Assembly: GCF_000406145.1 (NCBI RefSeq)
Contig: NZ_CM001976.1
Location: forward strand, 1,435,315-1,467,314
DNA length: 32,000 nt
Reading direction: 5' to 3'
Origin: Dickeya dadantii NCPPB 898
GTDB lineage: Bacteria; Pseudomonadota; Gammaproteobacteria; Enterobacterales; Enterobacteriaceae
In this document: one piece after another, positions 1 to 7,978 of the stretch
How positions within the stretch are numbered: position 1 is the stretch's first letter
Layout of the letters: every line of letters starts with the position of its first letter
Notes under the pieces: model-generated
Told to the model about the DNA's origin: nothing
Database searches by the model: none
Seen by the model: only the letters and a program-made list of their open reading frames with translations
Position numbers and translations under genes: made by a program

Positions 1-3
1 TTA

Positions 4-972
4 ATGACGATAACGGGCTATACCCTGTTTGAACTCAGTCAGCGTTGCTCGCTGCCGCTGTATGCGATTGTCGACCCGATGCGTTATCCGGCATTGCCGG
101 ATTTCTGGCGTGCGTTTCAGCCGCGAGCGGCGCAGATATGGCAACGCTTGCGCTTTGAGGGTGCCGGCGACGACTGGCAGCGTTGGGCGCCGATGGTGGT
201 GCAGGTGGAAGAGGGCGGACCGGGGGAAACGCTGCTGCACTGGCTGGCGGATACGCAGCCCGCGCGCCATCAGGGCGTGATGTTGATGCATAGCGAGCAG
301 TCGCTGACACCAGTGGCTGATTTCTGGCAGCAACGTCTGCGCTGTCGCTACCCGGACGGTACGCTGGCGCAGTTGCGCAGTTACGTACCGGATGTGCTGC
401 GGCTGTGGTGGCAAACGCTGAGCGGCGAGGAACAGGCGGCGTTTATCGGGCCGCTGACGGGGTTGTATCTGCCGCTGGCGGAAGACGACTTCAGCGTTCC
501 CTGCCGCTATCAAGCGCTGGTGGGCCAACATGAGGCGCAGCCGGTGCCGCAAGCCACCCATGACGACTATCTGATTACCCTGAACCGCGACCAGTTTTAT
601 CGGTTATCCAACGATAACCGTCTGCACCGACTGGCGAATGAGCTGTTTCTGTATGCCGGCACATTGCACTGGATGCAGTTGGATGTCGAAGTGGTGAAAA
701 GTCGCTTTCTCAGCGGCATTACGTTGGCCCGCAACTGGTATCCGCTCGCCTCGGAAACGGAGTGCGAAGCCTGGTCGGCCCACCGCTGGGTAATCGGCAG
801 CGAGTTTTATCATCACCCTGTTTTTATTCATTTGACCGAGCGTTATTCACTGGGCGACAGCATACGGATTTTTAAATCCGACTCCGCCCAGGTGGAAGAC
901 GTTCGCCTTCATTATCACCGGCCCGGCTGGATGCGGGGCGAATTACCGGATACGACGGAGGTTATGCCGTGA
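4..972 (+). CDS. T6SS effector adaptor/chaperone, DUF4123 family (copy 1)
   Basis: This is a 322-aa ORF. Its ATG at 4 overlaps a TAA at 2-4 (TAATG), so an upstream gene ends at the window edge. The N-terminal half follows the DUF4123 pattern as I recall it (LYAIVDPMRYPALPDFW ... WAPMVVQV ... LLHWL ... GVMLMHSEQSL ... LRSYVPDVLRLWW ... FIGPLTGLY). Its stop overlaps the next start (GTGA at 969-972). The family call is from memory; no HMM was run. Confidence 0.7.
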   Translation: MTITGYTLFELSQRCSLPLYAIVDPMRYPALPDFWRAFQPRAAQIWQRLRFEGAGDDWQRWAPMVVQVEEGGPGETLLHWLADTQPARHQGVMLMHSEQSLTPVADFWQQRLRCRYPDGTLAQLRSYVPDVLRLWWQTLSGEEQAAFIGPLTGLYLPLAEDDFSVPCRYQALVGQHEAQPVPQATHDDYLITLNRDQFYRLSNDNRLHRLANELFLYAGTLHWMQLDVEVVKSRFLSGITLARNWYPLASETECEAWSAHRWVIGSEFYHHPVFIHLTERYSLGDSIRIFKSDSAQVEDVRLHYHRPGWMRGELPDTTEVMP

Positions 973-1886
973 CGCTGTCTCACTCTTTTCTGCGTCTGCA
1001 ACCGGAAACGGAAGCGGCCTGGCAGGCGCGACTGGCTACAGGCGGGTGCTTCGTGGTCGCCGAAGCGGCGCTGAACGATGCGGTTCCCTGGCTGGCGGAG
1101 CGCTGGGGCGGCAGTCTGGAGCAAACCCGTCTGTACTGGGGTGAAACCGGACAGGTTCATGCGTCCGTCTCGCCTTATTGTATTCCCGTCCATCCGGCCA
1201 ACTGGCCGCAGGTGCGCGAACATCTGTTGACGCAGTCAGGCTGGGGGATTGGAGTTCAACTCGACTGGTTTATGCAGGCTTACTCGCCGCTCGACCAACT
1301 GCTGGAGCTGGTAAAACACCTGCGGCAGTGGAGCCTGGTCGCTACTCAGGAGGGCGACAGCGCTATTCTGCGCATCAGCGATTGGGAGGTGATCACCCCG
1401 TTACTGACGGCGAGTTCGGCACAGGAAGCCACCGCGATCTACGGCCCGATCGCTACCTTCTGCGATATTGCGCCCGATGGTGTCGTACAGAGCCTGACGC
1501 TAACCGAACGAACCGCCCACAACCCGCCCGATACCTTGCCGCGCTCGCTCAGCGAGGCGCAGTGGCTGGCGCTGCTGGCGCCGGCGACGCGTCAGGCGCT
1601 GGACAGCTACATGGCGCATCTCCGCACGCATCACCAGTGCTGGCAGGCGAGCGATGACGACGCCTTGCTGAATTTCACCCGTCAGCAGACCGAACAGGCC
1701 CGTATTCAGGGATTTAATAACGACCGCGATATCGTGCGCTATCTGGCGCTGGCCACCGAGCTGGAACCGGCCTTTATCCACCAGCCGTGGGCGCAGACGA
1801 TTCTGGCGCAGCCGGAGTACATCGGCGCGCAAAACCGTATGGATCGCCTGTATAAGGCGGCGATTGACCAACTGGACGACGCATAA
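969..1886 (+). CDS. T6SS effector adaptor/chaperone, DUF4123 family (copy 2)
   Basis: This is a 305-aa ORF starting at GTG 969, with GGAGG at 957-961 (7-nt spacer). It overlaps the upstream stop by 4 nt. It shows a DUF4123-like pattern (VSPYCIPV ... WGIGVQL ... LVKHLRQWSLVATQEGDSAILRISDWEVITPLL ... IYGPIATF). It ends 19 nt before the rhs start. Confidence 0.65.
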   Translation: MTLSHSFLRLQPETEAAWQARLATGGCFVVAEAALNDAVPWLAERWGGSLEQTRLYWGETGQVHASVSPYCIPVHPANWPQVREHLLTQSGWGIGVQLDWFMQAYSPLDQLLELVKHLRQWSLVATQEGDSAILRISDWEVITPLLTASSAQEATAIYGPIATFCDIAPDGVVQSLTLTERTAHNPPDTLPRSLSEAQWLALLAPATRQALDSYMAHLRTHHQCWQASDDDALLNFTRQQTEQARIQGFNNDRDIVRYLALATELEPAFIHQPWAQTILAQPEYIGAQNRMDRLYKAAIDQLDDA

Positions 1887-1905
1887 CGAAAAAGGATGAC
1901 TTGTC

Positions 1906-4900
1906 ATGAGTCAGGATAAAAAGGCGACGCTGCTGTCGAGTGAAGACGCAGCCAATCAGAATTTTGCCACGGATAACCAAATCTCAGGCGGTTGCGCCAA
2001 ATGCGGCTGCGAAGTGTTGATTCACTACCACTATGACTCCGGGAAACCGGTGCCTAACGCGCCGTTCATCCTGATTGATAGCAACAAGACGGAAATCCAC
2101 GGCAAAACCGACGCCAACGGGTTATGCAAAATTTACGACATGGGATGCGGCACGTTTGAGCTGATGCTGGATGAAGGCTCCGACGATTTCAAACCCCGTG
2201 AAACCGTGGAAAACAACCCGGTATTACAGTCAAATCCGGCTTATGCGACGCTGGCGGGAGAATATTTCACGCTGTTTTTGTTGCTGCGCAAGCAGGGATT
2301 GGTGACCTACGACGCGGATGACAGCAGCGATCGGCATGTGGATGTCGACGGCGCGGGGATTTTTACCTCCATTCCCAAGGAGTACCGCAAATCCTATGAC
2401 CGTTTCTGGGAGCTGGATAAGCGCATCAACCGCGGCAGCCGACAGCTAAAACAGGCGATTAACAAAATTCATCATAGTCTGGCGGCGGAAGTGGCGGACA
2501 AAGGCGGGGATGACAACGCGGCGCTGATGCTGTTTTGTGAAATCGCGCTGGGCTTCATTCCGGTGGTCGGGCAGGCGATGGATGTCTATTCGATCGGCGA
2601 GTGGAGCTGGCAGTCTTACCAGGAGCCGGCCAGGCTCGAAGACCCGCTGCATATCGCCGAAGGCGCACTGTGTGCGATAGGGGTGATTCCAGGATTAGGC
2701 GATGCGCTGAAGGTCAGCGGACGGGCGATTATCCGGGCGCTCAAGGTCGGGACGCCGAAAGAGCTGCAGTTCGCCATCAGGACTATCCGCAGCCTGTCGG
2801 ACGGCAATCTGGTGAAAGGGTTGACCAAACTGCGCGCCGAGCTGCGAAATTACGGCGCGCAAGCTAAAGCGCTATTGCTGAAGATTCACGCGGCGCTCAA
2901 ACAGGTGCTGGCCGAGTCGAAGCTGAAAAACAACTGGATTGTGTCGCTGATGAAAGACAGCTTCAGCGCCATGATCACCGCGCTGGAAAAGCTGATCGCC
3001 AAATACGACAGCGCGCTGGCCTACATTGAGTCCAAATTCAATGAGTTTATCGGCAAGGTCATCACCCGCGTGAGCGGCAGCGCCAGGCCGAAGGGCAGCA
3101 TCGCTAAAGCCGCCGAAGCGCCAAAAGCGCCGGCGCATGCTGAAAGCCAGGCGGCCAAACCGGCTACCCCAAAATCCGACAATTCAATAACCAAGGCCGA
3201 TGACGGAAAGCCGACAAATGCGGTGAGTGAAAAGAAACGGCGCACATCGTCGAAAGAAACCGAGGACATTAGCGCCGGGAGTAATAAGGGCGAGCAACCG
3301 GATCACGCTCCGCAGCAGAAAAAAGCCGGGGAAGAGGACAACGCGTGCAAAGCTGGCAGCGATAAGTGCCAGGGGGAAGGCGAGCCGGTGGATATGGCGA
3401 CCGGTTACGTGGTGGACTGGCGCACCGACGTTGAGCTGACGGGGTTGCTGCCGTTATCCATGAAGCGCTATTACCGTTCAGGCGGGGAGCGGAAGCCGGG
3501 GCTGTTAGGGGCGCTGTGGCGCACCAACTGGGATATGAGCCTGGAGCTGGAAAACGGCATCGCTACCCTGACCGACGGCGAGTTCAACCAGGCGGTGTTC
3601 GTGCTGCCTGAAGAGGGGGCGTTTAGCCGCGCGCCGTCCAGCCCGCAGTGGCGGTTGGCGCGTCAACAGGGGCAGCTCGTGCTGCAACATGTGGACGGCT
3701 TGCGTTATCGCTTTGAGCATGCGCTGGGGTTGCAACTGTGCCTCAGCGCGATTGAAGACCGGGCGGGCAACCGGATTACCCTGCTGTGGGATCGCGCTGA
3801 ACTGTGCTGGATAGTGCTGCCGGATGGCCGTCTGGTGCATGTAGAAACGCAGCGGCGGCGGATAGTCAAACTGACGTTGTGCGACGAGCATCGCCAGCCG
3901 CTGAAAACGCTGTCCAGCTATCAGTACGATGCACAAGGTCATCTGCTGAGCGTGCGGGCGGGGGAAGGGCGCAATTTCGACTATCAGTACTCACCGCAGG
4001 GCTGGTTGCTGCGCTGGTCGGATTTGGCGCACACCTGGGTTGAGCACGAGTACGATGCCGCGGGGCGCGCGCTGCGTGACCGCACGGCGGAGGGGTTCTG
4101 GCCGGGCGCGTTTCGTTACGACGATGACGCCTTCACCAGCCACTACCACAGCGGTTTTGGCGGAGTGACGACCTATGTGCGCGATGCACGTAACAATATT
4201 CTGTTGCGCCGGGAGCCGGACGGCGGGGAACACCGTTTTGAGTGGGTGGACAACCAACTGGCGGCGGAGATTGACCCGCTGGGCGGGCGCACCGAGTATC
4301 AGCGTAACGACTGGGGGCAGGTGACGGCGGTGACGCTGCCGGACGGGAGCGTACACCGTTACGATTACGACGATGACGGTCAGTTGCTGGCTTATACCGA
4401 CCCGCTGGGCAACGCCTGGCATTATTCCCGCAATGCCCAGGGGTTGGTGGAAACGGCCAGCGATCCGGAGGGGCGGAGCTGGCATCATGCGTATACGACG
4501 CAGGGGCTGTTGTCGGCGGTAACCGGGCCGGATGGCCGCGAGCAGCGTTATCATTACAACCGGCGCGGGTTGCTGGAACGGCTGGAACCGGGCGAGGCGC
4601 CGGCGGTGACCTTTTTCTACGATGGTCATGACCGGTTGACGGCGCGACACATCGCGCACGAGCAGGGCGTGCAGGTGCGGCGCTGGGATTATGAAGGTGG
4701 CCGCAACACGCCGTCGAAAGTAGTGTATGAAGACGGTAGCGAAACCCGCTTTGGCTACGATGGTGAAGGCAACCTGACCTCGGTGACGGATGCGCTGGGG
4801 CAGCGCTACCTGTTCCGTTACGGGGCGTTTGATAACCTGCTGGAAACGACCGACCCGCTGGGGGCGACCGTCCGCTATCATTACAATGCGGAGTCGGAGT

Positions 4901-6918
4901 TTGCCGGGGTGACCAACAGTCAGGGTCAGGTGTGGCAGTACCGGTTTGATACGGCAGGTCGATTAAGCGAGGAGCGACATTACGACGGCCGGGTGTACCG
5001 TTACGACTACGATGTGGCGGGCCAACTGACACGGCGCATCGCGCCGGATGGCAGCCGGCTGGAGTATGGGTATGACGTCGGCGGCCGCCTGAGCGAGATA
5101 CAGGCCAGCCGTGCGGACGGTGCCAGTGAAGGCGCGACGACCTTTGCATATGACCTGTCGGGCCGGCTGCTGAAGGCGGCAAGCCCGGACGCGGTGGTGG
5201 AGTACGCGTATAACCGCACCGGTCAGGTGGTGTCGGAGCGGGTAAACGGCGAAGAGGTACGCACCGGCTACGACGACGGCGGGCAGCGGTCGGTGGTGGA
5301 AGGGCTGCTGTCGTCGCTGAGTCTGGGCTGGCAGGGCGGTCGGCTGACCACGCTGAGCATCGGCTCGCATCAACCGCTGACGTTCAGCCACACGGCGTCG
5401 GGGTATGAACAGCGGCGCAGCAATGGCGAAGGCTTTGTGTTGCGCCACGAGTGGAGCGCCACCGGGCTGCTGTCGGGCCAGGCGCTGGACGGGGTAAATG
5501 GGGTGCTGGAGCGCCGCTACCAGTACGACGTGCTGGACCGTCTGACGGGCATCACGGACAGCCACTGGGGCGAGCAGGCGTTCCGGCTGAACGGCGCCGG
5601 GCAGGTGACGGCGGAGCGTCGCGATCAGGGCAGGCAGCGGCAGGCGCGGCTGTTTGGTTACGACAGCGAACAGAACCTGTGCGAGGTGTCGGCGATAGCG
5701 CCGGACGGCGCGGGAAGGCTGTCGGCAAAAAACGCGGCGGTGCAGTCGTCGTCGGGGTACGATGAGGCGGGCCGGGTAACGCAGCGCGGCGGCCGTCAGT
5801 ATCAGTACGACTCGTGCGGCCGGCTGGTGAGCCGGCGGGAAAACCGTCCCGGCTTCAGGCCGCAGGAAACGCGGTTTGAGTGGGACGCGCAGGACCGGCT
5901 GGTGCGGGTGAGTTTGCCGGACGGTGCGCGGTGGCGGTATGGTTACGACGCGTTTGGACGGCGGGTCAGCAAGGTGCGCGAGGGCCAGGTGCCGTCGGCG
6001 CAGGCGGTAGCGCGGGTGTCGTACCGGTGGGACGGTGACCAGCTGTCGGGTCAGACGCAGTACCGTGTTGACGGCAGCGTGGCGCGTGCGGTGCAGTGGG
6101 TGTACGAGCCGGGGAGTTTCCGGCCGCTGGCGCAGGTGGAGGAGCAGGCGGGTCAGACGCGGCTGCACTATATCGTGGCGGACCTGACGGGGACGGCGCG
6201 GGAGCTGTGCAGCGAAACGGGAGAAGTGCACTGGCGTGGCGAACAGGGACTGTGGGGACCGCACCGGGAAGAGAAAATCCCGATCCCGCTACGGCGTTAT
6301 CTGGGTGATGCGGCGAACGAAGAGGTGTACTGCGAGCTGCGTTATCAGGGTCAGGTATACGACGCGGAAACGGGGCTGTACTACAACCGGCACCGCTACT
6401 ACGACCCGGAGCTGGGGCAGTATATCTCGGCGGACCCGATAGGGCTGGCTGGGGGGCTGAGGCCGCAGGGGTATGTGCATAACCCGATGGAGTGGGTGGA
6501 TCCGCTTGGGCTGGCTGAATCTGTATGTAGAGATGCCTCTGGAAGACCGCTTAAGAGTTCTCAATATTCAGTAGCTTACGAAACTAAGATCGATGACCAA
6601 TTTTATCCTGGTCGCTCTGATAAAGTTCATTTCCAAGATGCAAATAAAAAGCTACATGAGGCAATGCAGGCTGACCCGAGCTTTGCGAAAAGTATGGAGG
6701 GTATGTATCCAGGAATCACCGATGGGGTTAAGCCAGGACCTCGTGGTGCGTATCCAAGACGCTCACCTATAAGTGATTTGACGTGGCATCACCATCCTGA
6801 GAAACCTGGAGTGATGCAATTAGTACCTTTATCTCAGCATCAGGCTCCCGGAGTGGTTCAAGAAACCTTACATCCAGGTGGAAAAGGAGGAATGTATAAT
6901 TGGGGCGGAGGACGATGA
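1906..6918 (+). CDS. rhs: Rhs-family T6SS polymorphic toxin (1670 aa). It has a non-PAAR N-terminal region, a YD-repeat shell, and a C-terminal WHH/HNH-type nuclease tip.
   Basis: ATG 1906 is preceded by AGGA at 1893-1896. The Rhs N-terminal plug motif [13 protein letters not shown] starts at residue 492. Dozens of YD repeats follow (e.g. [48 protein letters not shown]). The core end is [39 protein letters not shown]...[10 protein letters not shown], with DPLGL encoded at 6499-6513. The variable C-terminus follows. Confidence 0.95.
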   Translation: MSQDKKATLLSSEDAANQNFATDNQISGGCAKCGCEVLIHYHYDSGKPVPNAPFILIDSNKTEIHGKTDANGLCKIYDMGCGTFELMLDEGSDDFKPRETVENNPVLQSNPAYATLAGEYFTLFLLLRKQGLVTYDADDSSDRHVDVDGAGIFTSIPKEYRKSYDRFWELDKRINRGSRQLKQAINKIHHSLAAEVADKGGDDNAALMLFCEIALGFIPVVGQAMDVYSIGEWSWQSYQEPARLEDPLHIAEGALCAIGVIPGLGDALKVSGRAIIRALKVGTPKELQFAIRTIRSLSDGNLVKGLTKLRAELRNYGAQAKALLLKIHAALKQVLAESKLKNNWIVSLMKDSFSAMITALEKLIAKYDSALAYIESKFNEFIGKVITRVSGSARPKGSIAKAAEAPKAPAHAESQAAKPATPKSDNSITKADDGKPTNAVSEKKRRTSSKETEDISAGSNKGEQPDHAPQQKKAGEEDNACKAGSDKCQGEGEPVDMATGYVVDWRTDVELTGLLPLSMKRYYRSGGERKPGLLGALWRTNWDMSLELENGIATLTDGEFNQAVFVLPEEGAFSRAPSSPQWRLARQQGQLVLQHVDGLRYRFEHALGLQLCLSAIEDRAGNRITLLWDRAELCWIVLPDGRLVHVETQRRRIVKLTLCDEHRQPLKTLSSYQYDAQGHLLSVRAGEGRNFDYQYSPQGWLLRWSDLAHTWVEHEYDAAGRALRDRTAEGFWPGAFRYDDDAFTSHYHSGFGGVTTYVRDARNNILLRREPDGGEHRFEWVDNQLAAEIDPLGGRTEYQRNDWGQVTAVTLPDGSVHRYDYDDDGQLLAYTDPLGNAWHYSRNAQGLVETASDPEGRSWHHAYTTQGLLSAVTGPDGREQRYHYNRRGLLERLEPGEAPAVTFFYDGHDRLTARHIAHEQGVQVRRWDYEGGRNTPSKVVYEDGSETRFGYDGEGNLTSVTDALGQRYLFRYGAFDNLLETTDPLGATVRYHYNAESEFAGVTNSQGQVWQYRFDTAGRLSEERHYDGRVYRYDYDVAGQLTRRIAPDGSRLEYGYDVGGRLSEIQASRADGASEGATTFAYDLSGRLLKAASPDAVVEYAYNRTGQVVSERVNGEEVRTGYDDGGQRSVVEGLLSSLSLGWQGGRLTTLSIGSHQPLTFSHTASGYEQRRSNGEGFVLRHEWSATGLLSGQALDGVNGVLERRYQYDVLDRLTGITDSHWGEQAFRLNGAGQVTAERRDQGRQRQARLFGYDSEQNLCEVSAIAPDGAGRLSAKNAAVQSSSGYDEAGRVTQRGGRQYQYDSCGRLVSRRENRPGFRPQETRFEWDAQDRLVRVSLPDGARWRYGYDAFGRRVSKVREGQVPSAQAVARVSYRWDGDQLSGQTQYRVDGSVARAVQWVYEPGSFRPLAQVEEQAGQTRLHYIVADLTGTARELCSETGEVHWRGEQGLWGPHREEKIPIPLRRYLGDAANEEVYCELRYQGQVYDAETGLYYNRHRYYDPELGQYISADPIGLAGGLRPQGYVHNPMEWVDPLGLAESVCRDASGRPLKSSQYSVAYETKIDDQFYPGRSDKVHFQDANKKLHEAMQADPSFAKSMEGMYPGITDGVKPGPRGAYPRRSPISDLTWHHHPEKPGVMQLVPLSQHQAPGVVQETLHPGGKGGMYNWGGGR
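6514..6915 (+). other. Rhs C-terminal toxin domain (about 134 aa), putative WHH-type HNH/EndoVII nuclease
   Basis: This domain starts right after DPLGL. It carries the motif [23 protein letters not shown] (W at 6784-6786, HHH at 6787-6795) followed by TLHPGGKGG. That fits my memory of the WHH clade of HNH nucleases found in polymorphic toxins. Base composition drops sharply at this boundary. Confidence 0.55.
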
Positions 6919-6919
6919 A

Positions 6920-7240
6920 ATGGTTCAGAAAAATCTAAGAGAAGTATTAAGTGATGCTGGAAATATTGATTGGCGTTTAGCTTTATATCTACCTAAGGAT
7001 GTTTCATCTTGGGGTTTAGATTCATTAGTTATGGTAGAAGATCCCGATGACGTAGATTCAGATGATCCAGATGAAGATCCTGATGTAGTTAAAGATGCCG
7101 GGTACAGGTATGTCATGGGAATCCAATCAATACAAGGCATAGTTAATAATGCAAATCTTCAGAAGAATAATGTGTCAGATGAGGATTTATTCAAGGCATT
7201 TATATATTACTTCGAAAATGATGCTTTTATTAAATTATAA
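6920..7240 (+). CDS. Putative cognate Rhs immunity protein (106 aa, highly acidic)
   Basis: ATG 6920 lies 1 nt after the rhs TGA (6916-6918), with GGAGG at 6907-6911 (8-nt spacer). The track's GTG 6878 start lies inside rhs and is less likely. The gene is AT-rich like the toxin tip and contains the acidic run EDPDDVDSDDPDEDPDVVKD. Its position and coupling are typical of rhsI genes. I did not recognise a family. Confidence 0.7.
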   Translation: MVQKNLREVLSDAGNIDWRLALYLPKDVSSWGLDSLVMVEDPDDVDSDDPDEDPDVVKDAGYRYVMGIQSIQGIVNNANLQKNNVSDEDLFKAFIYYFENDAFIKL

Positions 7241-7262
7241 GCGCTAATAATGCTGAAATTAG

Positions 7263-7298
7263 GCCGGAAGTGATCCAACGATCCTTCCGGCTTTTTTC
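7263..7298 (+). terminator. Rho-independent terminator of the rhs/immunity operon
   Basis: The stem pairs GCCGGAAG-(T)-GAT (7263-7274) with ATCCTTCCGGC (7281-7291). The loop is CCAACG, and TTTTTT follows at 7292-7297. It sits 23 nt after the immunity stop codon. Confidence 0.75.
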
Positions 7299-7317
7299 TA
7301 TTTAGCTGTCAGCGCTA

Positions 7318-7656
7318 TTACTCCAGCACCGCGCCCGGTTCAGCCCGGAGCATGATCCGGCCTGGCAGCGCTTCAATGCTGAGCGGCGGGGTGAGTAAGC
7401 CGCTCTGGGTGAGCCAGTCGCCTGCCAGCGTCAGTTCGCCGTTGTCGCCCACCTAGTCCGCGCCGTCGGTGTCGCTGCCGTCCAGTTCGGCCACCAGCGC
7501 GGCGATATCGGTGTTATCGTCCAGCTGGGTCAGCATCAACCTGTTGCGGTACTATAAGTACACCCGTTTTAGTTCCACAGCACCACAATCCCACAGCCAC
7601 AGTATAGTAACGCTCTATACCCGCGTTTTGCGTGACGTAAAGCCATGCATAACCAT
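7318..7656 (-). pseudogene. SymE-like (AbrB/SpoVT-fold type I toxin family) frame interrupted by three in-frame TAG codons
   Basis: This is a single minus-strand frame of 113 codons running from GGAGGAGGATGGTTATG to TAA at 7318-7320. It reads MVMHGFTSRKTRV*SVTILWLWDCGAVELKRVYL*YRNRLMLTQLDDNTDIAALVAELDGSDTDGAD*VGDNGELTLAGDWLTQSGLLTPPLSIEALPGRIMLRAEPGAVLE. The stops lie at plus-strand positions 7615-7617, 7552-7554 and 7453-7455. The C-terminal segment aligns by eye with E. coli SymE [34 protein letters not shown]. Confidence 0.4.
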
Positions 7657-7978
7657 CCTCCTCCTTTGTCAGCTGATGATGAACCCTGTTGATGCGATGT
7701 GATTGATCCCTCTTTTTCTGTTATTTCCTGGATTTTGGTCGGTATTTGGGACAGTCAGCCATCCGGAACCGGTGTAAGGTGTCGGCGATAATGCCGATAA
7801 CGGTGATGGAAGGATGACATAGCGCGCATTGACGCTATCCCATGCGCATTCTTGTCGGGCATGCCTTTGTTCATGAGGGCTGCTGGAGTAGAGTAGGTAG
7901 TTCCCTGTGGCGATTCCTGAACAGAGGGAGCGGTATATCAGGCGGTGGGCCCTGATGTGAATCAACGGGAGGATGCGT

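Noticed and set aside
1906-3378. PAAR, prePAAR or MIX motif at the Rhs N-terminus
   Set aside because: I read the first ~490 residues and found no PAAR-type repeats, no AARxxDxxxH prePAAR motif, and no MIX-like hRxGhhYhh pattern. Absence by eye is not proof, so an HMM search is needed.
3991-6264. Several long minus-strand ORFs inside rhs (296, 349 and 433 aa), plus short plus-strand out-of-frame ORFs
   Set aside because: All overlap the YD-repeat core, whose frame is unambiguous. Their translations are Arg/Pro/Gln-rich with no domain pattern. This is typical of stop-codon-poor GC-rich DNA.
7469-7702. A 77-aa plus-strand ORF (MSLPSSSATSAAISVLSSS...)
   Set aside because: It is Ser-rich low-complexity sequence that lies antisense to the SymE-like frame. 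It has no SD. The minus-strand frame explains the region better. A plus-strand antisense sRNA is still possible, but this ORF is not supported as a gene.
7657-7760. LexA (SOS) box CTG-N10-CAG upstream of the SymE-like frame
   Set aside because: E. coli symE is LexA-regulated, so I looked for a box here. No CTGT-N8-ACAG match is visible in this stretch.
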